From Malacoraja senta (Eukaryota), in NCBI GenBank assembly GCA_038087875.1, contig CM075988.1, positions 11,596,001 to 11,660,000 of the forward strand: a DNA stretch of 64,000 nucleotides. The letters are read 5' to 3'. Position 1 is the first letter of the stretch. The number at the start of each line of letters is the position of its first letter. The position numbers were made by a program, and so were the translations under genes. The notes under the pieces are model-generated. The model did not search any database and was not told the origin of the DNA. It worked only from the letters and a program-made list of their open reading frames with translations. Shown one piece after another: positions 23,941 to 37,312 of the stretch.

Positions 23941-24560
23941 CAAGAGTCAAGAGTGTTTTATTGTCATATGTCCCGGACGGGACAATAACATTTTTACTTG
24001 CTGCAGCACAACAGAATATGTGAATATGTAAACATTGTATATAACGGGGGACAAAAAAAGAAAAAGTTCAATTAATAACAAATATAGTGTAAATAACAAA
24101 TAGTAATGTAGTCTTTTGCAGTTCAGAGCTCATAGCTTATTCATTGTGTTTAATAACCTGATGGCTGTGGGGAAGAAGCTGTTCCCAAAACTGGATGTTA
24201 GTCTTCAGGCTCCTGTACCTTCTTCCTGATGGCAGTGGTGAGATAAGTGTGTGGCCAGGATGGTGTGGGTCCTTGATGATTTTGGCTGCCTATTTGACAG
24301 TGGGGAGGTCTAAGCCGGTGATGGACTGGGCAGTGGTCACAACTTTTTGTAGTCTTTTTCGCTCCTGGACGTTCAAGTTGCCGAACCAGGCCACGATGCA
24401 ACCAGTCAGAATGCTCTCTACCGTGCACCTGTAGAAGTTTAGGAGAATCCTCTTCGACATGCCGAATCTCCATAATCTTCTCAGGAAGTAGAGTCGCTGA
24501 TGTGCCTTCTTTACAATTGCATCGGTGTGCTGGGTCCAGGAAAGATTTTCTGATATATGC
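23941..24560 (-). mobile_element. Rex1/Babar-like LINE 3' fragment inserted into a hammerhead element
   Basis: Translation HISENLSWTQHTDAIVKKAHQRLYFLRRL...LLNFYRCTVESILTGCIVAWFGN; the host arm (23846-23940) resumes at ~24572 with TATCT repeated. Confidence 0.85.
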
Positions 24561-25593
24561 ATTCTGATATATATCTTCGGTTTAAACCAGCATCTGCAGT
24601 TCATTTTATTGCTTTTAATAGTTTATCCACATTGCTTTTAATAGTTTTGAAGTGTCTGAAACAGGCCACAGTTCAGGACTGGAGTGCTCGAGGATGTAGC
24701 AATTTCTGCTATGTTTACACTATTCTTTTCTCTCGGAAAATGTGTTATTTTCTCCAGTGGTACATTTGTATGCTGTTCACGAGTCTGTATAGCTAAGGTA
24801 CACAGCAGCCTGCTGCTTCTTGACACAGTTAAGAAGCTTTGAAAAAAAGGCAAGACTCAGACCTGCAGCGGTACTTCCGATTTGGAATTGGAATTTCCAT
24901 TTTCTAATGATGCTTCAGATTATTCTCTTTCATGGTGGCAGCTTTGATGTACAACCATTAATACAAATGTAAGGGTTGTGGTGTTCAAATTATTAGCCGT
25001 ACAGTAAGAAGATGGATTGTTGGTGATTAACCTGAGTATCCATCAAAACCTCTCAATGTTGACAACAAGTGACACAAAAAGACTCCGCAGTTCATATTTT
25101 AAAGTATATTGTGATTAAAACACGTCATTAATGTATAGAATAAATTGAATAGGAATACAAAAGTGAGTTTAGCAACCAGCTGCAATTATTTGCATTCCTT
25201 CTTTAATCAATTTGCTTTGAGTGATTAGTGTAGGGGAGGAGTCATACAAAATAATCTAATTCTAAACCGCTGTGTGCATTTAGTTTGTCTTGACCCAAGC
25301 TTTCTGCTATTGTCTTTTACACCATTGCAGTTCATTTTTATACTTGCGAATACAGTATAATCTACAATCCACACTAACTAGATTTTATATTAAAGCTATT
25401 TACCTTTTACTCTATTATCCAGAAGACCTTTAGCTGAAGTGCTGGTGTAATTCAGTGGGTCAGGCAGCATCTCTGGAGTATCTGGATAGGTGACATTTTG
25501 GGTCGGGACCTGAAACGGCACTGATCCATGTTCTCCAGAGATGTTACCTGACCTGCTGAATCACCCCAGCACTCTGTCTTTTTTTGTAAACCA

Positions 25594-25949
25594 GGAGAGT
25601 CTAGGACTAGAGGTCATCTGGGACGACAGATGGCGCAATGGGCTAAGTGTTCGGCTGGCAACTGGAAGGTAGCCGGTTCGAATCCCGCTTGGAGTGCATA
25701 CTGTCGTTGTGTCCTTGGGCAAGACACTTCACCCACCTTTGCCTGCGTGTGAATGTGTGTAAATGTGTGTGAGTGATTGGTGGTGGTCGGAGGGGCCGTA
25801 GGCGCAGATTAGCAGCCACGCTTCCGTCAGTCTGCCCCAGGGCAGCTGTGGCTACAGAAGTAGCTCACCACCACCGAGTGTGACTGAGGAGTGAATGAAT
25901 AATGCGATGTAAAGCGCCTTGAGTATTAGAAAGGCGCTATATAAATCCC

Positions 25950-25991
<42 letters not shown>

Positions 25992-26280
25992 CGCCTCAGA
26001 ATTAAAGGACGTTATTTTAGGAAGGAGATGAGGAGAAATTCCTTTAGTCAGAGGTTGGTGAATCTATGGAATTCTTTGCCACAGAAGGCTGTGGATGCCA
26101 AGTCAGTGGATATTTTTAAGGCAGAGTTAGATAAATTCTTGATTTGTACACGTGTCAGAGGTTATGGGGGAAAAGGCAGAAGAATGGAGTTAGGAGGGGG
26201 AGAGAGATCAGCTATGATTAAATGGCAGAGTAGACTTGATGGGCTGAATGACCTAATTCTACTACCATCACTTATGAGCA
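25594..26280 (+). mobile_element. CR1 3' fragment split by a SINE insertion
   Basis: GESRTRGH | LRIKGR...MRRNSFSQRLVNLWNSLPQKAV. Confidence 0.85.
25620..25991 (+). mobile_element. tRNA-derived CORE-type SINE resembling teleost AFC, with an L2-type 3' stem-loop and (ATT)n tail
   Basis: A box TGGCGCAATGG, B box GGTTCGAATCC, CORE GTGTCCTTGGGCAAGACACTT, tail GTAAAGCGCCTTGAG...AAGGCGCTATATAAAT followed by (ATT)n. Confidence 0.85.
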
Positions 26281-27065
26281 CCAGCAGTTCTTTGTTTTGA
26301 TAACTGTTATTGTGCTATTCTTTGATTCTTGAGATGTGTCATGTAAATACACTGCAAGTACAGTATAAATCCAGTGAAAGCTGAACACATTTTAGGCTGG
26401 CAATCTGGCACTGTGTCAGCTGTAGGTAGGTACCCACCCTGTAGGTAAAATATTTGGTGTATGTACTCTACCATGCAAAAAGGAACTGAGATTCACCTTT
26501 GAGTGTAATCATAAATGATCTGGATTTGGAAAAGGAGAAAAGACATCAACATTAACTAGAATGTCTGCTTTCCTTTATACTGGTCCCTTATGAGCAACAA
26601 TGAGTTTCAGCATATGCTTAGATATGGAAATTTCCATTTATTTTTTTATCATTTTTGATTAAATTATATATTGTCTGCAGATGAAAAGGCTGGACATCAC
26701 TCATTCACACAAGACATTTCAGACTTCCATAATTCAGAAACCTCTCACGGATAAGTTGTAGTTTCCTGCCTCCAGGGAAGAGTTTTTCACTTGCTTGGAT
26801 TTACAGCTGGAATTTGTGGCCTGCCTGTGTAACAACAGAGAAATCTTTGCAATTTATTTCAGCTGAAACTTCCACTCTTTGTCTTCCTGGTCCCTTATCA
26901 ACTTCAACATGGCAGAAATCAACACCGTTCAAAAATAAGTAGATGGTTCTAAAATCACAATTTTTACATTAGCGCTTGTGACAATTTATATTACAAGGTT
27001 ATAAGCAGTAATGATTTCTTCTCAATGTTTTAAACACAGTACAGTGGCACAGTAGTAGAGTTGCT

Positions 27066-27190
27066 TCAGACTGAAGAAGGGTCTCGACCCGAAACATCAC
27101 CTATTCCTTTTCTCCAGAGATGCTGTCTGACCGGCAGAGTTACTCTAGCTTGTTGTGTCTGTCTTCGGTTTAAGCTAGTTCCTGCACAAT
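27066..27190 (+). mobile_element. Single-arm hammerhead element fused to an HE1 5' stub
   Basis: CTGAAGAAGGGTCTCGACCCGAAACATC preceded by CAGTGGCACAGTAGTAGAGTTGCT. Confidence 0.78.
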
Positions 27191-30100
27191 AAAATCTGTC
27201 ACATCTTTATAAACTATAGGTAAAAAATCACTTCATAATTAAATCAGTGAAACTAAATACTTTTTGAAACTTAATTTGTCTTTCCTTAAAATCTAATTTG
27301 AAACCAGTGGGTATTCAGATCTGCATCATGTCTGACCAGATGCAAGGTTCAAGAGTTGAATTTCCAATGTACTTTTGGGGAGTGCCGCAAGATGGGTCTT
27401 TGCTGTTGGTTTCTATGGGCTCCAATGGTAGGTTAACAACAGAAACAATAATGGACCATGTGTGGCTGCTCTACCGTTCAGTAACATCATAGTTTATCTT
27501 TTACCTCGGCTCCTGACTGCATTTTTTAGTTATCGCATTAACTAAATCTATCAACAAGAACACGAGAAATAGAATTTATGAAGTTTGACTTCCAAATCTG
27601 TCAGTATTTTTTGTAGTGGCAATTTTCACAACGCATCTAAGTGAGAGTGGGTACAATGAAGTTTGTTCAGCTGAATATCAGGGCTTCCATTCAGCACCTG
27701 CCAAAATGTAATAGATTGATTCAACAGAATTTTCTTTCTGCATTTTTTTATTGTTCAGTCAACCGAGTAAACGTAAGATCTTCAAATAACATCCTGCATG
27801 CACTGGTATCTTTAAGATGGTTGGATTGAGGGATATGGTACAAATATTACCCATTCCAGTATCACAACAGCCATTTCTGCTCGGAAAAAGCAGGTGCTTT
27901 TCAACGGCACAGCAGAAATATAAATATGCATCATGATATGCAATTTGTTTCTTGGTTATATGCTGCATTTAACTTTAGAATCATGAAGCAAATAGGTTTC
28001 AAAGGTCTTTTATTGTCAATTAAGGTGCAGTGATATTCGTATTACCATGCAGCCACATTAAAAAAAAGCAACAAGCCACATAACTACATAAACATCTACC
28101 ACGGCGGATTCCCCACATTCCTCACGGTGATGGAAGGCAATAATGTCTAATCATCTTCCCTCATTTTTCTCCCACGGTTGGGGCAGTCGAACCATCCGCA
28201 GTCGGGGCGATCGAAGCTCCCGATGTCGGTCTCTAACCAGAGACAGCAAGCTCCGTTATGTTAAAGTCCAAAGGCTCCCGCAGTTGGAGTTCCAGCAACC
28301 CCCCACATTAAACAAGCTATAGAACACTAAAAAACATACATTTAACACATACTAAAAAAACAACAGAGAAGGAAGGGACAGACAGACTGTTGGCGAGGCA
28401 GCCATTGCTGGCGCCTCCTGTTAGAGATGGAAGAAAAGGACATCTGTTTCCATCAGTGCAAATATTAGTTCCCCTCTGACTGTCTGCCTGCACTTTTTAA
28501 AGCTGTACCAAGAATACCAATCAAATACATCAATCTTGCCCAACTGATGGTGTGTGTTGAACAGACTGGAGATGCGATCATAGACCTGCTGCAATACACA
28601 GAACGAACAAAAAATGTATGTGCCACAGGGAATGTGAAATGGTTCAATATGTTGTCTGAAATTGAACCCTCTGTATGAGGGGTGCCTTGGGAAGTACTTT
28701 GTTTAAAATGGTGGTTATTTTTAAAATGTACCTGACACTAACTCTTCTAAACTCTGAAGCATCCACTGTATTTCTTCCAAGACCTTGCCAAGTTGACATG
28801 GACTAAAGAACGTTGGAATAAACTAGGACATTAAAACCTAAGAATAGAAACTCTCGACTATTGTTCGTGTGTCAAAAATTGTTATTTTGGGAAAAAAAAA
28901 CATTCAGTTTAGATTGTGTGGCAGCATAAGACGTCAGCAGATGTGCATCAGGCACACACACACAGCAAGAATACTTGTAAATGAAATTTTCTGTGTCATT
29001 TACCACTTGGAAAAATCTTCCATGATAAAGTTTCACTACATGAGATTTCAATTTGATTCTCACTTAATTACTTCTTCAAATCAGTTCAATTCCATTGAAT
29101 ACATCTCTATTTAATTGTTTTATTCCAGTTGCTTGACAAGAATGAGCACAATATATTTTCCACGAAAATATGTTCTTGTTCTAGAAACATTCAAAGTTTG
29201 TTGTGCAGACTGAAGGAGAGTCCTGACCTGAAACTTTGTTTCAGACTAATTATGGGTGACTCTTCAGTAAGTGCCTACTTTGAAGTTTCTGGAAATCTGA
29301 AAATTAAACTTAAATTTTTGCAACTTTGAATGTTGTTTCACATAGATGAACATCTCTGCTTTGGGAAAAATATGTTTGCCGCAATCTTTTAGAGAATTTA
29401 ACTTATTTTTTCCTCTTTTTCCAGGTTGCCCATTGCATTCAGTCATATCCATCGCATTTTTATGATGAACAACACTGTAAAATATAACTGATTTAAGAAT
29501 ATAAAATCAAATTTTTGTCGCAGTCTTTCAAATTATAGAGTATCTTCCTCAAATAAACCACCAGAAAAAAATTAAAAAATATCTAACGCATTGATTTTAA
29601 ACCTTCGTAACAGTTTACTATCGAAAATAGTGGTGAAAAAAGAATAGTAACCGTCATAACTTTTCACCAACTTCCTCTAAAACTATATTAACTTCAGATG
29701 AATAGGCTGAAGCATACCGTTCATTTATCAATTACAATTGATAATTATGGTCATTGTTGTATTATTTTACATGAGCATAAAATGCTCATGTGACGGCTAT
29801 GACGCGGCGTGACGGAGATGATCAATCGAGTCATCCCCATCACGCTCAGGTATATCCGTCGCGTGACGGAGATGACTAAAACTATCTTAAGCCTCCAACA
29901 ATTGCTAAAGGTTGAGAACAGGAAGCAATATAATGAACAGGGATTAATGTTTCCTTAATACTGGTGTTTCATACTTTTTTAATCAATTTTTTCATGTGAA
30001 AATACAAGGCAGCTACTGTAGATAGAATCTTGTTTACTCAGGTGAATTTTCAATACCCTGTATTTAACAGTTTAACAGTGTACAGCTTAGTATGAATCAA

Positions 30101-30249
30101 TATTGTCAAGATGTACAAGAATTCCTTTCCAGAAATCTACAACAACCCCGGTGATGCCTGTTGGTCACTTTCTCAGGTGGCGGTAACCAAGTTATGACAT
30201 TATCATAATTATACCATATCTTGTCTTCTCTTGCTGGCACAAAAGCTGT

Positions 30250-30650
30250 GGGCTTGGGCTGGGGATCTGGGGCTGGGGATCTGGGGCTTGGGAGCTGGGG
30301 CTGGGAATCTGGGAGCTGGGGCTGAGGGGTGAGGGCTGGGGATCTGGATCTGGGGATCTGGGGCTGAGGAGTGAGGGCTGGGTGCTGGGTGCTGGGGCTG
30401 GGGATCTGGATCTGGGGATCTGGATCTGGGGGGCTGGGGATGTGGATCTGGGGCTGGGGATCCCCCTGTGGCTGGAAGTCTGGGGAGCTGGGAGCTGGAA
30501 TCTGGAGCTGGAATCTGGGAGCTGGGGGCTGGGGATCTGGGGCTCGGGGCCTGGATCTGGGGCTGGGGATGTGCATCTGGGGCTGGGGATCCCCCTTTGG
30601 CTGGGGATCTGGGGCTGGGGATCTGGGGGGGCTGGGGGATGGGAGTTGGG
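30250..30650 (+). repeat. G-rich hexamer satellite (GGGGCT/GGATCT/GGAGCT units)
   Basis: About 400 bp of degenerate 6-7 nt units with strong G/C strand skew. Confidence 0.93.
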
Positions 30651-31551
30651 GTTAGCGTTGGGGTTCGCGTTGGAGCTGGCTTTGGGGGAAAAAGTTTTAA
30701 AAATAACTCTTTATTCATTTAGGGTTTAATCTTTAGTTATTAGGATTATGTTTATTAACAATACAGAAAAAGAAGAAATGGGGTAGAATTACAGATTTTC
30801 CTTATATACAGCATCAAAATAGCGGGACACCAAAGTAGACGCTTACTGAAGAATCACATTTATAGTTTGTGGGGGGGGGGGGTGAAACCTGGGAGGGAGG
30901 TAGGGGCGGGACATAGGTTGGCAAATGATAGTTAGATACAGTAAGGGGGAGGGGGATTTGATATGTAGAAGTTGAACAAAGGTCAGATATGAAGACAAGA
31001 AGTGTGGGATAAGGAAAATGTGAAGCCAGGGGAAGTAGTATAGCGGGATGGGGAAGGGAGGGGGGGGGGGGTGGGAGAAATGGGTATGTAATCAGGTGGG
31101 CACAGGGGAAAGAGAGGGGGAAAGGAGTTGCTGTGAGTGGCACTGGCTTGTTCAGGTCTGTGCTCCAAAGTATAGTTTTTCCTCATAATCTGGACCACTC
31201 AGTCGAGAGTGGAACTGGAAACTCAAAAAATAATGTACATCCTGTTTGACATCAAAATGTATGCTTTCAAACGTCATTGAAGGCTTAAGTGTACAAGAAC
31301 ACTTCCATCATCGATTCTCGCCTATTTTCTCGTGCCTTGTGTACAATTATAATATGATCATTGAATGGAAACACTGCGTTTAAAAACTAATCTTGGCAAA
31401 AATGCCAGGAGTGCCAATAGGAAGTCTTCAAAAATAGATATGGCAAAGCACATAACTATATGGTGGTATGATATCACAGGGGACATGGTATGCATTATAT
31501 GCCTTTTTTTTTAAAGAGCCACAGGGAGCCAGAATTCTTTTGGAAAGATGG

Positions 31552-31780
31552 TTAGTTAGTTTCATTTATTGTCACGTATACCGAGGTGCAGTGAAAAGCT
31601 TTTATTGCGTGCTAACCAGTCAGCGGAAATACAATACATGATTACACTCGAGCCGTCTTCAGTGCACAGATGCATGATGAAGGGAATAACGTTAATAATG
31701 TTTAGTGCAAGATAAAGCCAGTAAATCTCGATCAAAGTGAGTCCAAGGGTCTCCAATGAGGTAGATAGTAGTTCAGGAAA
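31552..31780 (-). mobile_element. LINE 3' UTR fragment (L2/Rex group)
   Basis: Short tandem tail plus TTTATTGTCAC...GGTGCAGTGA, a motif shared with 28.0 and 36.9 kb. Confidence 0.55.
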
Positions 31781-34700
31781 GTTTAAGTTTTGAGCAACAT
31801 TAAAAGCAAAAATGTTGTGTGATCATCATTATAATAAGCTTCATCTAAAACTCATCATTTGTACTCCACATCCCCTTCAGATTATAAATCCTGACTCTTG
31901 GAGTAAATCTCCAGCCCATTCAGAACCTCCGCTGAGACCAGCAGTCACTGATTTCTTGGTGAAACCTCAGCTCTGCCCTCTGACCCTATAAGTAGATTTG
32001 CCAACTGGCTTCTGAATGGCCACTCATCTTCTCTTACAACCTTATCTATTCACAGTACATAAAGTATTTTGGATCTCTTTGTATCTCTGCTGACAATATC
32101 CTCACTCTACACCTCTAATTCCTTTTAAGCTTCCCTTCAGAACTTCATCAATCTGGTTGTCACTGGTGTGTTAATAACCTGACATTTGTCAGATGCTCTT
32201 TTTTTCTCCTGTTGTACAATGGAGAACCGTTGGACTGGAGATATCAAAATGTGTGCGTCATTCAGGACCGCCATTTTAAAGTTCATTGTCATATTAATTT
32301 TGGAAAGTTCTGGACTTCCCTACTCTTTGCTTTGTGCAGTAGCGGTGATCAACATATGTAGACACAAAATGCTGGAGTAACTCAGCGGGACAGGCAGCAT
32401 CTCTGGCGAGAAGGAAAAGCTGTTCATATGTATAATGACTAATACAGTTCGGAAACAGGCTCTTTGGTCCACTGAGTTGACATTGACTTACAATTACCCA
32501 TTTACAGTAATCCTACACTAATCCCATTTTATTCTCCTCACATTCCCATCAAATAACAAATTTAAGAGGTCGGAAGAAACCAGACAACCTGGAGGAACCC
32601 CATGTTGTCATTGGAAATAACTCGAAAACCCAGCATTTAAATCACCATAGATTACGGTTGAATCTGGGTTGCCAGAGCTCTGCTTACTGTGTCACCATTG
32701 TGCCCAAATCTGTATCCTCAATATGGAATTACTGATAGGTTAAGACTACTCACGGCTAACTTATCTAACTTAAATGATTCCATCCATCTTTTTACATTAT
32801 CCCTGCTCTTTCAAATTCCATTATTGAAGTTATCACTAATTCCACCCACACACAATTTGTCATCCACTTTAACAGTTTGTGTTGCTGTAATTTTTCATTT
32901 CCTTCACTTTCTCTTTTGTGGCAAAGATGTTGTTTTAGTACAGACCTGTAAATTAATGGCATGTTTTAATGTTAACACCTTTTGGGTGAGTTTAACTACT
33001 TGACTGCAATAGCAATGCCAGTGAAAGCAGTTAATTAAAGAGTGTTGAGAAGTGTTTTGCAATTCAGAAGGTAGATTTAACATTGTGCTGTAATGTACAT
33101 AATTGGAACTCAATCAATGGAACACAATTAAATACTAAGACAAATTCTGGAATTGTAGTGACCTGCACTTGATGACAATGTGGCCAGACTAGAAACATAG
33201 AAACATAGAAAATAGGTGTTGGAGGAGGCCATTCGGCCCTTAGAGCCGAATGGCTGATCGTCCCCAAACTAGTGTCATCAAGATTGTAGCTGGGATAACT
33301 CATTGTCGTATAATCCTGCCTCCCTCGCTCTCAGGGGACACGATCCATTACCCTTTGTCACAGTCATTGATTAAGGCAGATACTGGTTTGTGCACACTGA
33401 TGCTCCAATGCAGAATTCCAACAAAAAACACAGACTTTTCCATCCTTCCATGCTACAGTTTTCTGGCATGTAATGATTAAACTACCCTTTTCTCTGAGTC
33501 AGTACAAACACGGATCCATTCTTGTATTTGTGTGTGACTGAAGTTGCTCGGAAGAAAATACATTAACCCTTTCAAGACTAATATTTTTTTGTGAAATATG
33601 TTTCTGTGGTGTTTTTAAGCTGGTGTGCAATATTGAAGACAGATTAAGTGTGATTTTGGTCATTTTGATTTGATTGGATTGGTTGCTCTTTCATTTGCAC
33701 ATAAATTAGAAGGGGTGAATTATTTGAGCTCCTGGTTTTCAAAGCACAAATGTTTGAGACTGGAACTTGAAACAAACCTATGCTATAATCCCAAAAGCTT
33801 GCTCCTTACAGGCATTCTCGGCTCATCCCCAAGGAATACCTTTTCAGGCAGATGAGAAATGTTTAAGTCATTAGGTTCTAAATCCTCTCTTGTTTTAGGG
33901 ATTTTTGTAGGTTGTGTCGGTTTGAAGCAAGGAAGACAGATGACCTGTCACGTCATTAATACCATATAGCTTTCCCTGCAGATGTACTTCACAAAAATCT
34001 TGCCCTCAGCACCAAAGGAATCCTTTAGTTTCTAGCTCTTTATGTTTCCACGTCACTGACCTGGTATCCTGGGCAGCAGCATGTTAAACAAGAGCTGTTT
34101 GCGGAGTTGGCTGGTGCAAGGTTAATGACATTGCTGCTCTACACCTCATGAGAACCAGCGGAAAAAATTGTTAAAGCCAATTGTAAGATCCACAGCAACT
34201 GCAGCTGAAAAATAGACCTGGGAGAAGAACAAGATTGATACCGCGTGCTGCGAATGAAGGAGTTGCCATTGCCAACTGTGAGGTCAATAACAAACTAAAG
34301 TGGAAGCCACAACAGGTCTCCCAGGCTAATGTTTCCAAGATGTCCTACAGAAGCTAAAGGATAAAATACATTTATTGATGGGAAAAAATAGGTTATCTGT
34401 TTTGTTGTTTTTCACTCTTATTTTCTCCCAGGCCATGGAATGTCAAAATGGTTCATCTATCAGGCTGGTCGTATTGTCCTAACAACTGTTCAAATGCTCG
34501 AGGAATAAGGTACACAGTTGGAGTAGTGTCACCTAGGTGATGTATACTTTTTCAGTCTCCCAAGCAGAATTATTTGGTTATCGTGCAAAGCTCAGTGCAT
34601 TGAAATGCCTCAACCTGACAAAACTCATCAAGCTTAAGCTATAAAGTCTGAATGACAAGTAGATCTTGAATTTGACTCCTGATCTTGTGGAATTATTGTC

Positions 34701-35129
34701 TATTCATCCATGGAGCTCGATTCCTTCAGTATAGATTTACCCTCCAACATTATTTCTGACCCTTTCAGTGATACCGTTCGAAAATCCGTGTCAGATTCTG
34801 TCTGTTAGACTCTGTCTGCTTTATGTGACACTTGATTTGCAGCTGATGAGTTTATATTTTTATTGAGCACTTTGGTCTTGCGGGTGTTGTGTAGCGTAAA
34901 AGGTTTACCCAGCTGAATTGTGTTTTTATTACCTGGTTACCTGAACTGAATCACATGTCACCTGGTTCAAGTCACGTCAGCTCTGAAATGAATTATGTCC
35001 TTGGGTTCAGAGTGGATTATTTCCAGGTTCGTGGCCTGGAGGGGACACTGAGGAATGAAGCTTTGAACTGGAGCAGACCAGGACCAGGCAGATTGAGCAG
35101 CACGGTGATGTAGGGGAGGATACATTTTC

Positions 35130-36170
35130 ACAAATGTATCCTCTGTGTCCCATAAAACGTGGGTTCCCCACCTTCTGTCATAATTGAGACCCTCACACAT
35201 GTCTCCTCTGTGTCCTGTAGTTCTGCTCTTGTTCCCCAATCTCCCCCCCCCCAGACGCAACAAGGACAGAGTTCCCCTAGTCTTCACCTTTCACCACACC
35301 GCACCTCCGCATCCAACACATCCTCCCGACATTTCCGTTACCTCCTACGGGTTCCCACCACTAATCACGTCTTCCCATCTCAACCCTTTTGCTCCTTTTG
35401 CAGAGACTGTTCCCTCCGCAACTCCTTGGTTTATTCAACCCTTCCCACCCAAACCATCGCCTTCCCAGGTTACCTTCTCCTTACAACCGCAGGAGACGCA
35501 ACGCCTGTCGTTATATCACCTCCCTCACTTTCATCCAGGTACCATGACAGTCCTTTCAGGTTAGACAAGAGGTTCACATGCACCTCCTCTAATCTCATCT
35601 ACTGCATCCGCTGTTCTTGATATAGATTCCTGTACAGCGAGACCAAACGTCGACTCCGGTTGCCAACCATTTCAACCCTAACTCCCCATCTCATTCCCAT
35701 ACTGACCTTTCAGTCCTGGATCGCCTCCATTTCCAGAAGGAGGCCAAATTGATAGGAACCGCACCTCATACTTTGCTTGGGTATCTTATAACCAGTCAGT
35801 ATGAAGTTGAATTGGCTAATTTTAAGGAACCTCTACCTACAATCCCCTCTCGTGACCCCCCACCCCCCTCCCTCATTCCACCCTCCCACACTCGGTTCTC
35901 CACATTGTATCGCTCTTGAATTCACACCTTCCCCAGCCAACAATGGGCCCACCAAGGCACCACTCTGCCTGAGGACATTAGTGGCTTGCCCAGATTGCTC
36001 CTGGATCTTTCTAGCCTCCAGTTCTTCACCATCCTTGCTTCCCCCCACCTTTCCCACACCCTCTAGTTTCAGTCTGAAGAAGCATCCTTTCCTGAAACAT
36101 CGCCTATGCGTTTTCTCTAGAGATGCTGCCTGACCCACAGAGTTACTCCAGCACATTGTTGTCTATCACT
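35130..36170 (+). mobile_element. Penelope-like element 3' fragment (GIY-YIG region plus terminal repeat)
   Basis: RNKDRVPLVFTFH...RDCSLRNSLV...KRFTCTSSNLIYCIRCS; paralog of 1555-2630; decayed CTGAAGA...GAAAC at ~36075. Confidence 0.88.
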
Positions 36171-37312
36171 GGGGTTCAATCCTGACTTCCCGTGCTGTCC
36201 CTGTGGAATGTGTGTGTGGCTGCATGGGGTTCCACTGGGAACTTTAACGTCCTCAGCATAACGCAAGGTGATGGACTCACTCTGTGGGACAGGCAGCATC
36301 TCCAGAGGACATGGATAGGCAACGTATTGGGTTGGTACCTTTCTTCAGGCTGAATTACAATTCAGATTATAAATCCTGACTCTTGGAGTAATCTTTCCCG
36401 ACATCTGTCAACTATTTTCCCCCTTCTTTAAGACATCACTTAAGACTTATTTGATGAAACCTTTGGCTATCTGCCTTGATACATCCTGCTTTTTTTCTTC
36501 TTGATAATGGTTCTATGAGACAGCATGTAGATTTTGTTCCATTAAACTGGCTACATAAATAGAACCTGTTGTTTGTTTTGTTCAAATCTCTGTAGATCAA
36601 ATAACCTGCAGCGTGGAACAGCTACAGGTACAAATAGACGATCTATGTCCATTAGAATAACATCGCTTTTTGTGGCTTCGACAACAGGTTTAACCTTATC
36701 GCTCAATTTCTAAAGCACTATACCACTATTATAAATGTTAGAAATCTGTTGGTACTATCTAAGTTTTTTAAAAACAGAAACAGGGGCCCTTGTGGTGCTA
36801 AAATAGCCTTTTGAAATTGTGCCAGTTCTTTCAAATAGCTTGCACACTGCACCTCTGTCCTATATTACACCACTTAAATAAAATAATCAGAATTAGGCTT
36901 TGTGGAAATAAGAAAAAAAATTACAAGAGTTTCAAAGATACAACAGTGTTTTATTTGTCACATGTGCAACTGCACCGTGAATTTATTTGCCTATATTACA
37001 CATGCAGGCACCAACATTATTGGCGCTATTATTCAAAGTCCAGTCACCCAACGACCCAACATGGTGCAATGATACTTAAATCCAAACACCTAAGGCTCGA
37101 AATAGGATTTGTTCCGAACTGTTTTTTCAGTGCCAGTTGTGCATCAGTTTTACCCTGAATAGATCACAGTAGAATCACTTCTGGATAAGATGGTTTCCAT
37201 AGTAAAACTCAGTCGGGCACTTCTATCATCCACATGAGCATACTTGATGATCGCCTTGCACCTGAGGCACAACTAGTGTCATCACCTTGCCGATTTTTAA
37301 TCTCCTTAACAT

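Noticed and set aside
29790..29880. CpG-rich patch with repeated GCGTGACGGAGATGA
   Set aside because: Probably an internal fragment of a DNA transposon; too short for a CpG island and no TIRs visible
30106..30729. Overlapping Pro-rich and Gly-rich ORFs on both strands
   Set aside because: Artefacts of the stop-free hexamer satellite
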